A stretch of 64,000 bases of DNA from Octopus sinensis. Taxonomy: Eukaryota. A model generated the notes under the pieces. It was not told the DNA's origin and did not search any database. It worked only from the letters and a program-made list of their open reading frames with translations. Shown piece by piece: positions 28,113 through 40,911 of this stretch. Position 1 is the stretch's first letter. Each line of letters begins with the position of its first letter. Where the stretch lies: NCBI RefSeq assembly GCF_006345805.1, contig NC_043004.1, forward strand, positions 15,748,001-15,812,000, given 5' to 3'. Position numbers and translations under genes: made by a program.

Positions 28113-28947
28113 TTTTGTTGCTGTTTTTGTTGTTATTTAAGCCTAAATATTCTACTCGAGGTGAAGACTAAGGTCATAGAACTAATACCGGACCTTATAC
28201 AATTGTCCAAATGGTTCGAAAGAAGCGTTAGAAAAACTAAACGTAATTTTTGTGGAGTCACAAACCATCTTAGAACCTTCTATTTGCAAACAGTAGAAGG
28301 CTAGAGGTCACCCAACTACCAACAATGTAGCAGCAACAACAGCAACAAGAAATACAATATGCTGCAACTGCAGCAACAAGAGCGACAATAGAGGTAGCGT
28401 GATCACTAAAATCACTGTCATTTGGAATAACAACTGAAACATTAACAATTATACAGCGGTTTTGTAACCAATAAGACCGTCAGAAAACAACAAAAGCAAC
28501 CAAGAAAAAACCAGAGCCCCGACAACACAATCATTGGCATCAAGAAGAAAAACAACAGAAGGGACCATCAAGGGCGACAATCAACCATCTCTCACTGCCC
28601 CCTCTTTCAAACAGAAGCTTTCATGGATACTCACACAAACACACTGTCACCTACATCCAAGATTGTTTCCACAAACACATATACCTCCACATCATCAAGT
28701 GAAGATGAAGAGGAACTTCCTAATCACAAGAAAACCTTTAAATATCAACCTATACACCAATACACATTCGAAAACAGAAAAAAATACTCGTAACAAATAC
28801 AGACAAATCGAAATAATACTAGCCCTATCAGCACCACAGCCATCAACACAACAACCACTACCACCACCAGCAATACCAAGATCAACACAAAACAAAAATG
28901 TACAACAATAGAAATTTATACAACACACAAGGACGTTAGGTTTGCAG

Positions 28948-29025
28948 AGCAGTTAGAACGTACTAGTACGGTAATGGGCCAACGTAGCAGTTAGAACGTA
29001 CTAGTAAGGTAAGGGGCCAACGTAG
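28948..29025 (+). repeat. 38-bp tandem duplication
   Basis: agcagttagaacgtactagta(c/a)ggtaa(t/g)gggccaacgt x2. Confidence 0.85.
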
Positions 29026-29343
29026 AATTGATATTCCACCTAGCAGGAAGTAGGAGACAGAAGGGGTGATTTTGGACACCAGTACATTTCAAATGCTCTA
29101 ATCACTGATGATAATACGTATGTAGTGGGAAACATAAAAACATTAAGGAGGGCGCTCTTCACGAACTGGAAAACCCTTATATAAAAGCCACCATTACACG
29201 TTTCAACGGGTTCTCAAAGAATCCCCACCAAGCAGATATGAAGGTCGAGTCGCTCGATTTCCAACAATACCAACACGTGCGAAGTCCCCCTTCTTTTCCT
29301 TCTCGCAACTCCTTCCGGTCAATATGGCGCTTTCAAATTAAGT

Positions 29344-29652
29344 TACTTAAATGTACATGGAGTGAGAGCGCTCTTGAAGCAACACCGCTTGCTCAGGGAC
29401 CTTAGATCACATGCGATGAATATGATAGATGTCAGTTACGCCAGTATTTCCGACACTCGTGCATATAACAACTTTAAACTCAATGCATCTCTTTATGAAA
29501 CTGGGATGGGAGTCGGGTTGGCCGTGCTGTTTCAGAAATACCTAAATTTCGCACTGCGAGCGATCTCTCCGGACCTGGATGTGATCACTAGCGAAGTTGG
29601 TGCTTTCAGATTAGTCGCCCGCATGTCCATGTCTTTTCGAATTCGCAGGTAA
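29344..29652 (+). pseudogene. L1/Tx1-like APE endonuclease N-terminal remnant
   Basis: YLNVHGVRALLKQHRLLRDLRSH..IDV..ISDTR..GVGLAVLFQK..FRLVA resembles the LNVxG..DV..xETR..GVAVL..RLV pattern of L1/Tx1 ORF2. Confidence 0.6.
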
Positions 29653-29904
29653 AACTGTCAAGGATCAAAATACCGAAATAAAAGAAGTGGTCAATAGCTT
29701 CGCTATTGGATGTGCGTCAGCTAGGGAGACACAAAACCACAAGTGACTACACTTACGATTTTTCTGGACGCCCTAAAGGCTGTTATGCGGTGGGAAGCAA
29801 TTGCAGTTCTGATTTTATCACCAGATATTGTACGTTCATCAATATGATATCGTGTGTTGTATATAATTGTTGTTTAATTTTCACCAGGAGGGCGCTAGTC
29901 GATA

Positions 29905-30066
29905 AAACCGAGCCCTGAGCTTGACTTGTATGTTGTGACTTTATTTTATCGTCCATGGAATGAACAAAGACATAGCTATCTACAGCGGGATTTGAAACAC
30001 GAACGGAAAAAGTTGGGAAAACAACCATATAGCATTTTGTGCGACGTTCTAACTGCTCTTCAAGCC
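29905..30066 (-). mobile_element. SINE family A, diverged
   Basis: tttattttatcgtcc...gaatgaacaaag...cgggatttgaa...tagcattttg...gttctaac is reverse-complement similar to 27828-27990. Confidence 0.6.
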
Positions 30067-32249
30067 TAACATCCTTGTGTGTTGTATAAATTAATGGTTT
30101 CTAATTTACGTACAAGGCAAATTTTGAGGGAAGAAGTTAGTCAATATTTGTTACCTGTGTAACTGTTTCATAACTTATCTCATACACGCCGAAACGATGA
30201 AAGACGTTGACTGTGGTGTTACCTGAACACTGAATGATAAGAACTAAGGTAAGAATTTGCAATAATAAACCGATGCCCTCACGAATCTGTCAACCGCTCG
30301 TCCTTAAATAATTGTTTGAATTAGGCAGAAAAATAGCAATTTTCACGTTATTCTATATCATACACACTGGTACATCACTTTTGATTTATTTTGCCTTCTC
30401 TTTGGAGGATGATGAAACAGGGAGATAAGGGATATGATACTCCCATTGTAAGCATTCGGAATGACTATAGAAGCTTTTTTGTTCAATTCTGCAACAGTTG
30501 GTCTAGTTTTGATCATAACATAGGGAAGTCTGGGATGGAAAGTCACATTTAAAATATCTCTATGATGAAGAGATCTTTAACAACCGTTCTATTGCATGCC
30601 AGTTTCACAAATAACGTATGAGAAAAACCGTTAAGTTCGTAACCATATTTTATTTAGCAGTTCTTTCGTCGTATGTAAACAGAGTGTTGTGTGACATTTT
30701 CACCTTCGCAAATTTTATCATTTATTTTAGATAATGGGAAATGCTATTCTATGAAATATCTTGCAAAATATTTCACCCTTGCGCTTCAAATTTTCTTTAG
30801 AATGGTAGATATAGTGCAGCAATATATTATTTAATCAGAAAAACAAATATGTAACTACAAAACAAATTCTGGCATAATCCAAGGAGTTAATTATTTCTTA
30901 TCTCTTCATTTCCAGATTGAAGCATCTTATATTATCCATCGATCATTGTATCATTGAAAGCCGCCAACAGAATCAAAACATATCCGTCACTCTTTGAGAT
31001 AATTTTTTACAAAAATGAAAGTATCAAATGTTATAGGCCAATAGATTTTTCACAAGTTTCTTATGAAATTATAAAACTGTTTAAAGCTATACCATACAAA
31101 TTTAATATGACGTTCTAATTTAAGTTAGTGAAATATTTTCAAAAAGCATTTTTAATAAACGTTCTTTTCAGAAGCCATTAAATACTTGTAATATATCATC
31201 ATACATCGAGTCAATTTGTCGCCAGAAAAGGAGACCTAAACACTATACACTGTTCATTTTGTATCTTGAGTAGACCACGTGGATATTCTCTGCGAAATGC
31301 AGAGAACACAATCACATGGAATTTCAATATACAGATTAAAGCGGTAAAGTGTTAACTGGACGTTCAAAAAGAGAAACGATTCCAAACAGAAGACATGACT
31401 ACACGTACAGAGTAGTCACAAGATGAGGTATGTTGTCTTATGCTATAACAGAATGCTTGAAACATCTCTTCAAACTATATCTCTTCAAACCTCCTTCACA
31501 GTATACTTGGACATATGAGTGTAGAGTAACAGCGAAATATAGAAACTAATAAGGTAACATATATTATTATAACTAGTTTACATCTGAAGTAGTGGTTGAA
31601 ATGAAATCTAATAATTATGATGTGTGCGTGTGTGACTGATGTTTAATGTGTACATCATAGAAATTAATAAATTGTAGAATATTTACTTCAGCTGCAAATT
31701 TATGATATTTTCGCAAAATTTTCCAGCACAGATTAGAAAAAAAACAAAATTAATTTGCTTCCAGTTCACGCAGATATCTATTTGAAATGACATTCTGCGT
31801 AATTAAAAGTTAGTAAAAGATATCCCACCCAAAATAACAACAAAAAAACAATGATAACAACAATAATATTAACGTAATTCAACTTCGGGTAATTCCATTT
31901 GCTGATGATCGTCTAATTCCGCATGATGAATACAAAATAAGTTTTAAAATTTCAAACATCATGGTATTTTGTTTATCTATCTTTTTCAAGGTCTGGCTTA
32001 TACAAAATCGTTGGTAATAATTTTTAATTCTTTACTTGTAATACGAAATATGCCTAAAGTAAATAAATATTTCAAAAATATTAATTAGGGTGATGAATTA
32101 ACATTAAAAATACAGTGTCCTACATCGTATTACCACTGTATTTCAAATGCCATGAAGATGTTATTAAGCTATATATATATATGATTCATGAGAGGGGCGG
32201 GAGATGGAAGATACGAGAATGTTTATTGATCACTATAAATATTTCGACC

Positions 32250-32610
32250 CATTTAGCATCGATACCTCACGGGTGGGATACCGAACGACTGGTACTCAGT
32301 CGGTTACGACGATGCTGGTTCCAATTGCTCCGATCAACGGAACAGTCTGCCCTTAAACTTAACGTGCAAGTGGCTGAGCATTCCACAGACACGTATACCC
32401 TTAACGTAGTTCTCGGTGAAATTCAGCGTGAGGCAGAATGGGACTAGTTTGACCCTATCAAATACAGGTACCACTCATTATGCCAGCTGATTGAACTGGA
32501 CCAACGTAAAATAAGGTGTCTTGCTCAAGAATTCAACGTGTCGCCCGTAATTGAACTCTAAACCTTACGATCCTGAAATGAATATCCTAATATCTAACCC
32601 ATGCGCTTTC
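32250..32610 (-). mobile_element. tRNA-derived SINE family C, diverged
   Basis: Minus head gcgcatgggttaga...gatcgtaaggtttagagttcaattac...cttgagcaagacaccttattttacgttggtccagttcaatcagctgg is similar to 50491-50620. Confidence 0.7.
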
Positions 32611-32779
32611 ACACACACATACAAACACACACGCACACACGGCCTCTTTGTGATGAGTATAATGATCCAAATTGGTGCTTTTTATATCTTTATATAATTA
32701 TTCTATTCATATTATTAAAGTCGTAAATAGAAAAAATAAGGAGCGAAGACGCGATAGATATATAATAAGCTACATGTGA

Positions 32780-33200
32780 AAAATTCTGGAGAGTCTGATA
32801 CTTAATTTCAGCATTGCCTTGTACCAAGGACATCATCTACTCCATCTAAAATCAGGACCAAGGTACTGCAATAACACAGGCTTCAAAGTCTCATAACTTT
32901 TCTATGCCCTGTCAAAAAAATTAAGAAAGCTACACAATGTGAATGTGGATGTTTACATAAAGGAACTGGGCATTTTCATCTCCAGGATACCGGATGTATG
33001 AACGGTCCGGCGTAAGCTACAGATGAGAGCAGCAGTGTCAAAATTTCACATACGCTAAATGGACCAACAGTCAAGGGGAAAGTACATACAGAAGTGGGGA
33101 TATGAAATCCCATCATTTTCAAGAAATTAGCAAACGAATAAAATACAAGTAGGGTTCCAGCATGACCGCAGCTGCATTGCTGAGACTAACCAATAACAGA
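32780..33200 (+). mobile_element. CR1-like LINE 3' remnant, same family as 55403-56024
   Basis: aggtactgcaataac..ggcttcaaag, gtggatgttt..aactgg..ccggatg and terminal ccagcatgaccgcag parallel the 55.6-56.0 kb sequence. Confidence 0.6.
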
Positions 33201-33354
33201 ATTTCGTAAATCCAGTTGATTTAAAATATCTGCGAAATAATATATTTGCAATATAACTGTCTGTACAATTATTTTAATAGTATTCATATAACATTCAGTA
33301 ATAAATTATGTAGAATAATTATTTATGAATATCTAAGAGTAATATTCTTTTCTT

Positions 33355-33472
33355 TCCAGGCACAAGACAAGGAAATTTTGGGGGATTAGATCGAGTAGGC
33401 AACTGATACTTAATTTATCGACCCCGAAAGGATGAAAGGCAAAGTTGACCTCAGTGGAATTTGATCTTAGAC
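33355..33472 (-). mobile_element. SINE family A fragment
   Basis: tttatcgaccccgaaaggatgaaaggcaaagttgacctcagtggaatttga. Confidence 0.7.
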
Positions 33473-33984
33473 GCTCTCAACCATTTTTTGAATCCCTTGA
33501 TTCTAATTTTATTCTGACCCGCCCACTGCCTTCCATAACCATTCGATAGTTTAAAACTAGTTTTATAGAAAATGATTTCAAAATTCCTGTTTTATTGTTC
33601 AAACATTTCTTGGTGTTGACTGAAATATGCAAATCAACAGAGAAAGAAACTTAGCTGCTTCTTACAATAAATACAACTAAAGCCAATTTTGTTTCATGGA
33701 TTCCCTAATTTACTATCTTGTTGCGCGCCCCCGCCCCTACGAAAGTTACGTGAACCCACAGTGGTCACATGAGCACCGGACTAAAGCAATACATGATGCT
33801 AGTTGAATTGCAAATGAATGAACCAAGCATATAGAATATGTGTTCACTTAGACTACAATTGTTCTTTATATTTTTGCGCCCTCTTTCCGTCTGTCTGTGA
33901 AGTATGCTCCGAAGACCGACGTAGGAAACTTACGGAAAAATTATTTTCATTTGTATGAACCTGGATTTATTTAGTTACGCATCA

Positions 33985-34192
33985 GTTCTTCTTCTTCTTC
34001 TTCTTCTTTTCATTCTTCTTTTTTCCTCTTCTTCTTCTTCCTCCTCTTCTTCTTCTTCTTCTTCTTCTTCTTCTTCTTCTTCTTCTTCTTCTTCTTCTTC
34101 TTCTTCTTCTTCTCTCTCCCTCTTTCTTTCTCTCTCTCTCTCTCACTCTCTCTCTCTCTCTCGTTATACACAGACACGCACACACACACACA
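33985..34192. repeat. (TTC)n, (TC)n and (CA)n compound microsatellite
   Basis: Seen directly; source of the poly-S/R/K ORFs. Confidence 0.95.
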
Positions 34193-34789
34193 TGTATGTA
34201 TTCTCATCACGTACCTAAAGACATTCGAATTCGAGAAGCACCATTTCTACAATGTATACCCATATACGTAAACACGTTCAACACAACATGACAAAAATAT
34301 TTTTACATACTCACACACACACACACGAACACACATGCACACACGCACACACACACACACCACACACACACACACCACACACACACACACATATATATAT
34401 ATATACACTCACGCACATACACACCTACACACACATGATGTACACGGTGATAAAACTGTATTTATGTTTTCGTTGTCTTGCCAAAAATTTCCCTGTGAGG
34501 CTTAGCAACATTTCCAGTCAGATGACGGTTAACTTTTTCCTCATTTCTTCTCCGTTCATTCTTTTTCCAATTCCTCAAGTTAGTCGGCGCAGGTTTTCTT
34601 ACCCATTCACCAAAGACAGTGAATGTCTACAAACTTAAAACCATTAAGCGTTTCCCTGCTGCCGAACCGCGGACAAGTAACACTAATTGGGAATTTTTCA
34701 CATATTCTTAATCTTCGTGTATTCTTTTCGGTATATTATCTCTTGTGTTTTGATTTACCATCGACATCCTTATCATATATATATATAGT

Positions 34790-36408
34790 ATTTGTCCAGG
34801 TCATGTCATAGCACCACCTGCCAAAGTCATTCAGATCAGGAATCGGAAAACATAGCCCACTGAAAGAGAGAGTTATTGTTTATGGAGACATATCCGGGTG
34901 TAGGATATTTTGAAGGAATTTCTTCAAAGATTTCTTGATCTTGATGGGATCTGTCTCTGCCTTAATGCATTTTGGTGTAAAGTTAAAGAGAACGGGGCCA
35001 ATTGAAGTGGGATAATTGTGCCGAGTATCATTGATTTTTGGGGCGGATAGCACGGGGCCCAAATCTTGGCTATATCTTAAAGGCGATGCCAACATGATTA
35101 CTTCAAAGCTGACGGATCATTTTCCACATCATGCAGAGGATGTAGCGCTCACGGTGGTGTTGGAGCAAATAAAGCTTGAGCTTTTCTAGTCGATTCTAAT
35201 AGTTAAGGCCTGTCATGCCATTTATCTTTTTTGTAATTGACCTTTGAAGTGCTTCAATTTTCATGATTCTTTGTTTTGTGTGGGGAGACCACAGTGCACA
35301 ACAGTATTCAAGGTGGTATCCGGCAAAAGTGGAGATGAGAAAGATGATGGTGTGTATATCTCTCGACTGGAAAGTTCTAAGTATCCAGGAACACATTCTA
35401 CGAGACATGTTAACATTGCTGTTTATATGAACGGCCCAGCTTATGTTGCTGTCCACAATCACTCCCAAGATTCTGATGTTGTTCGATGCCATGAGAGCTT
35501 CACCTGAAGGAAGGGAGTATGGGAATTTCAGGCTATCCTCTTTTCCGAGGCGGATTAACTCAAATTCGTCCTCGTTCAGCAGCATATTTTTCTCTTCAGC
35601 CCATTGGATGACGGCCAGTAGATCTGACTGAAGGCACGCCCGCTCACTCACAACGTTGATGACCTTCTGAATCTTGGAATCATCCGAAAAGAGTTTTTAT
35701 GTTACACTACTTGATGATATCAGTAATGTCATTAATGTAGGTGGTGAAAAGAAGTGGGCCCAGCACAGCACCACGTGGAATACCTCTACTGACTTTCAGT
35801 GGGCCTGATTTTACTCTTTTGACTACAAAGAGTGGGTTCTACTTGTCAGGAAACACTTGATCCATTGTACTAATTTTCCAGAGACACCAATGTTGGACAG
35901 TTTTTTCAAGAGGATCTTATGTTCCACCTTGTCAAAGGCCTTGCTGAAATCAAATTAGATGACAATAGTATCCGGGCCCTCTCCCAAAGCTCTCAAAATA
36001 TCATCAAGGTCATGCAGGAGCTGCGTTAGGCAGTTCCTCCCCTTACGGAAACCATGATAGTTGGGGTTCAGCAATCAGTTGATTTAAAGAACGTGGATTA
36101 TCTGTGACCTCACGATTTTTTCCAATATTTTGATGATATGAGAGGTGAGCGAGATCGGCCGGTAATTTATGGCAACGGACTTATTTCCCTTTTTGAAAAC
36201 TGGGACAAAAGACTGTGGCAGAAGGTTTTCAGGAATGTAACCAGCATCCAGCGAGTTCTTCCACATATTAGTAAATGGAGATGCAAGCTGGTGTCGACAA
36301 ACTTTCAGAACACAAGCAGGGAACATATCAGGGCCTACTGCTGAATTGTGTTTAATTTCGTTTATTGCCGCTAAGACATCAGGGGTGCCAAACGTTATGT
36401 CCGATATA
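34790..36408 (-). mobile_element. CR1-like LINE, 5'-truncated RT pseudogene
   Basis: Minus strand: PVFKKG..NYRPISLTSHIIKILE, DFSKAFDKV, GIPRGAVLGPLLF, LFSDDSKI, LQSDL, LGVIVDSNISW, HLEYCCALWSP; many stops and frameshifts. Confidence 0.9.
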
Positions 36409-36444
36409 GTGTGTGTGTATGTGCGTTTATGTGTGTCCGTGTGC

Positions 36445-36487
<43 letters not shown>

Positions 36488-36529
36488 TGTATATATGTAT
36501 TTATATGTATATATACATATATATGTATA

Positions 36530-36739
36530 CAGGGTGTTTCAGAGGTCGCACACCATTCTGTTTTTCATTTAAAATAATTAAAGCGTTTTATTTTATTATA
36601 TTTTTTCTGCATGTTTTATATTAGAGGCTGCTCAATTTGAGCATTTGTTAAGATTAATTTCAATAAAGTGTTTTGAAATCAATATGGCTGTATTCTTAAA
36701 AAAAAAAACACGGTGGTGTGCAACTTCTGTGACACCCTG
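36530..36739. mobile_element. Tc1/mariner-type MITE
   Basis: Imperfect TIRs CAGGGTGTTTCAGAGGTCGCACACCA / TGGTGTGCAACTTCTGTGACACCCTG with TA on both sides. Confidence 0.85.
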
Positions 36740-36772
36740 TATGTATGCGCATATATACATAAACACGTATAA

Positions 36773-36810
<38 letters not shown>

Positions 36811-36812
<2 letters not shown>

Positions 36813-36930
36813 CAATTAAGGACAACTACTTAATAGGAAAACTTAACAAGAAATTGTCAGGTAGATAGCGTAAAAACCTCATAAGAGAAAAAAATTCGAA
36901 AATAATTATTTCTTATTGAACATATTAATT
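36811..36930 (-). repeat. Inverted partial copy of the tandem unit
   Basis: Reverse complement of ~37185-37306; begins at the end of (TA)n and abuts unit 1. Confidence 0.9.
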
Positions 36931-36993
36931 TGATCATTTAGCTGATCGGCTTAAGCGAAGCGGGGTCGTTGTTTATTTATTTATGGTATATTC

Positions 36994-37041
36994 AGGCCTG
37001 CTGATGATTACGTAAGTATGAAATCACTGTGATACAGGTCT
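36994..37041 (+). ncRNA. Type I hammerhead ribozyme (array copy 1)
   Basis: AGGCCTG CTGATGA T TAC-GTAA-GTA T GAAA TCAC-T-GTGA TA CAGGTCT; predicted cleavage after AUA (37034). Confidence 0.8.
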
Positions 37042-37475
37042 ATATATTTTTAAATGTCTTTCTTTGAAAAATTGCATTCGTGGGATTAGTAATATTTTTG
37101 GTAGAATGACTGATTGTCCCTCTTAGCGTATGGCGTGTATGTAGAATGCCTCCTGGCATGTATGTATAATGCCCTCTATATATAAATTAATATGTTCAAT
37201 AAGAAATAATTATTTTCGAAATTTTTTCTCTTATGAGGTTTTTACGCTATCTACCTGACAATTTCTTGTTAAGTTTTCCTTATTAAGTAGTTGTCCTTAA
37301 TTGCTAAATTTTTATTCCGAAAAAACTTTTCCTCTCCCGAAATGCAATTCGTAAAAGTTTGCCATTCATCCGGATATATATATATAAATTCAACCATGTG
37401 CTTCGTTGATGTTGATCATTTAGCTGATCGGCTTAAGCGAAGCGGGGTCGTTGTTTATTTATTTATGGTATATTC

Positions 37476-37523
37476 AGGCCTGCTGATGATTACGTAAGTA
37501 TGAAATCACTGTGATACAGGTCT
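37476..37523 (+). ncRNA. Type I hammerhead ribozyme (array copy 2)
   Basis: Identical to copy 1. Confidence 0.8.
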
Positions 37524-37953
37524 ATATATTTTTAAATGTCTTTCTTAAAAAATTGCATTCGGTGGATTAGTAATATTTTTGGTAGAAATGACTGATTGTC
37601 CCTCTTAGCGTATGGCGTGTATGTAGAATGATGCCTCTGGCATGTATGTATAATGCCCTCTATATATAAATTAATATGTTCAATAAATAATTATTTTCGA
37701 AATTTTTTCTCTTATGAGGTTTTTACGCTATCTACCTGACAATTTCTTGTTAAGTTTTCCTTATTAAGTAGTTGTCCTTATTGCTAAATTTTTATTCCGA
37801 AAAAACTTTTCCTCTCGAAATGCAATTCGTAAAAGTTTGCCATTCATCCGGATATAGTATATATAAATTCAACCATGTGCTTCGTTGATGTTGATCATTT
37901 AGCTGATCGGCTTAAGCGAAGCGGGGTCGTTGTTTATTTATTTATGTATATTC

Positions 37954-38001
37954 AGGCCTGCTGATGATTACGTAAGTATGAAATCACTGTGATACAGGTC
38001 T
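37954..38001 (+). ncRNA. Type I hammerhead ribozyme (array copy 3)
   Basis: Identical to copy 1. Confidence 0.8.
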
Positions 38002-38432
38002 ATATATTTTTAAATGTCTTTCTTTGAAAAATTGCATTCGGGGATTAGTAATATTTTTGGTAGAATGACTGATTGTCCCTCTTAGCGTATGCGTGTATGT
38101 AGAATGCCTCCTGGCATGTATGTATAATGCCCTCTATATATAAATTAATATGTTCAATAAGAAATAATTATTTTCGAAATTTTTTCTCTTATGAGGTTTT
38201 TACGCTATCTACCTGACAATTTCTTGTTAAGTTTTCCTTATTAAGTAGTTGTCCTTAATTGCTAATTTTTATTCCGAAAAACTTTTCCTCTCCCGAAATG
38301 CAATTCGTAAAAGTTTGCCATTCATCCGGATATAGTATATATAAATTCAACCATGTGCTTCGTTGATGTTGATCATTTAGCTGATCGGCTTAAGCGAAGC
38401 GGGGTCGTTGTTTATTTATTTATGGTATATTC

Positions 38433-38480
38433 AGGCCTGCTGATGATTACGTAAGTATGAAATCACTGTGATACAGGTCT
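38433..38480 (+). ncRNA. Type I hammerhead ribozyme (array copy 4)
   Basis: Identical to copy 1. Confidence 0.8.
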
Positions 38481-38910
38481 ATATATTTTTAAATGTCTTT
38501 CTTTGAAATTGCATTCGTGGGATTAGTAATATTTTTGGTAGAATGACTGATTGTCCCTCTTAGCGTATGGCGTGTATGTAGAATGCCTCCTGCATGTATG
38601 TTAATGCCCTCTATATATAAATTAATATGTTCAATAAGAAATAATTATTTTCGAAATTTTTTCTCTTATGAGGTTTTTACGCTATCTACCTGACAATTTC
38701 TTGTTAAGTTTTCCTTATTAAGTAGTTGTCCTTAATTGCTAATTTTTATTCCGAAAAAACTTTTCCTCTCCCGAAATGCAATTCGTAAAAGTTTGCCATT
38801 CATCCGGATATAGTATATTATAAATTCAACCATGTGCTTCGTGATGTTGATCATTTAGCTGATCGGCTTAAGCGAAGCGGGGTCGTTGTTTATTTATTTA
38901 TGGTATATTC

Positions 38911-38958
38911 AGGCCTGCTGATGATTACGTAAGTATGAAATCACTGTGATACAGGTCT
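38911..38958 (+). ncRNA. Type I hammerhead ribozyme (array copy 5)
   Basis: Identical to copy 1. Confidence 0.8.
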
Positions 38959-39199
38959 ATATATTTTTAAATGTCTTTCTTTGAAAAATTGCATTCGGTG
39001 GGATTAGTAATATTTTTGGTAGAAATGACTGATTGTCCCTCTTAGCGTATGGCGTGTATGTAGAATGCCTCCTGGCATGTATGTATAATGCCCTCTATAT
39101 ATTTATATATATATATATTATATATACATACATACATATATATATATATAATTATATACATTATATATACATATAATATATATATATATACATATATTA

Positions 39200-39235
<36 letters not shown>

Positions 39236-39258
39236 ATAATACATATATATATATACAA

Positions 39259-39310
<52 letters not shown>

Positions 39311-39838
39311 CACGCATGTATGTATGTTAAGATGTTTTTAAATGTATTGCATACATTATGTAAATTCATACAGCCGTTATTTATGTGAGAGCGTGGAGGC
39401 CTAATTCTTTTAGTTATTATCTGATTTTCAGATATGAAGGTAACAATCACATTATACGTCTAGTAACCAGAACTGAGAAACCAATTAGAGAAAACTTTAC
39501 CAGTGTTGTGCACACTGAACTCGCCGTAATTATTTTATTTCTGTTGCTAGTATATTTCTTTGGACGCTAAAGGGAGTATTTCCTGCAAATAACATTAGTT
39601 GCATTCCAAATTTTACTTTCGATAAACCTATATATCTATTCTTGTTTCTCTTTCTCGCGCATACTTTGTGTTTCCTATAGAAAGGCAGAGAGTAACAGCA
39701 AAACGTAAACACAAAAAGTATTTATGGAAACAGATAAGGGCTATCTATACCTACTTATATAAATACATGTATGTGTGTGTGCGAGCATGCTTGCATATTT
39801 GTTTGTCTTTATAGAGCTGCCTACATATATTTATATAT

Positions 39839-40042
39839 ACCGGAGTAAACACATAAATGTGAAACAAGGTGGAAAAAAGAGTACTCAAATACCAGTGGTA
39901 GAGTAATATGCTTTATTTAAAGCAGCAGAAAATTCAACAAAACCTGTTACTCTGAGTTTCCCGTTGCCGTTTATCGGACAGTTTTTGCAACGGGAAACTC
40001 AGAGTAACAGGTTTTGTTGAATTTGCTGCTGCTTTAAATAAA

Positions 40043-40048
<6 letters not shown>
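39839..40048 (-). mobile_element. Fold-back element in TA repeats with a variant-core hammerhead-like motif
   Basis: Hairpin 39906-40048. Minus 39944-39981 reads CTGT CCGATAA A CG-GCAA-CG G GAAA CTC-A-GAG TA ACAG. Relatives at 16132 and 63335. Confidence 0.7.
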
Positions 40049-40103
<55 letters not shown>

Positions 40104-40189
40104 TATATAAATATATATATAAATATGTATATATATAAATATCAAAATGAAAATGGAGAGTTCAGACGGACATATGGTAATTTATACTA

Positions 40190-40743
40190 TATTATTATTA
40201 TTATTATTGTTGTTGAGTGAGAGAGCAGTTCATGCCATCAAAATGACACTGGGGTAAAATATACGAACCCAATATACCTATCAATATACCCGTCTGATAA
40301 GGGTACACCAGGCACATGCATCACAACCATATGTGCTCGACATGGTGATCTCATATCAAGATAAACAGCACATGACCTTGCAGGTGGGGCCCAGTTAAAA
40401 TTTTCTTCAGGTTGAGTAGCCATCCCGCTCAAAAGGTCCCTGAATAAGGGTTCTTTAAGGATGTTGAATGAAACACCCATGTTTCCAGAAGTAAATTATT
40501 CAAACCCCAAAGAATCCCTCTCAACACATGGCTATGATACTCCCCCACTACTTCTGCTCGTGATCAGAGATGCACATATCGTCAGCCACTAAGGGACATG
40601 CTCAACTGGTTAAAGTCAAACAACTGACAAGCAAATCTGTGGTTTTGAGCAGAATGTTTGCTGTAGCCCATCTTTTATACCAAGACAAAACAATGTACAT
40701 GATAACACTTCCAATCAGTTAAGATCAGAAGCCATAAGAGCCA

Positions 40744-40745
<2 letters not shown>
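40190..40745 (-). mobile_element. Non-coding, GC-elevated insert between (TAA)n tracts; probable non-LTR 3' UTR or SINE
   Basis: Ends on the minus strand in ..ctcaacaacaataataataat; bounded by ATT repeats on both sides; family not identified. Confidence 0.5.
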
Positions 40746-40794
<49 letters not shown>

Positions 40795-40807
40795 TAACCT
40801 AATGTTA

Positions 40808-40856
<49 letters not shown>

Positions 40857-40862
40857 TTATTA

Positions 40863-40910
<48 letters not shown>
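40745..40910. repeat. (TTA)n tract, tail or target of the Dong/R4-like element
   Basis: Seen directly. Confidence 0.9.

Positions 40911-40911
<1 letters not shown>

Larger units (their letters stand above)
36931..39098 (+). mobile_element. Retrozyme-like / PLE pseudo-LTR tandem array, ~480 bp x 4.5, one hammerhead per unit
   Basis: Unit start tgatcatttagctgatcggc at 36931, 37413, 37892, 38370 and 38848. Units differ mainly by 1-bp indels. No coding ORF. Flanked by TA-rich microsatellites. Confidence 0.85.

Noticed and set aside
29100-29140. CTGATGA...GAAAC
   Set aside because: No supporting stems.
36931-39098. CRISPR array or ordinary satellite interpretation
   Set aside because: No unique spacers and a eukaryotic context. 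The per-unit HHR and inverted partial copy favour a retroelement origin.
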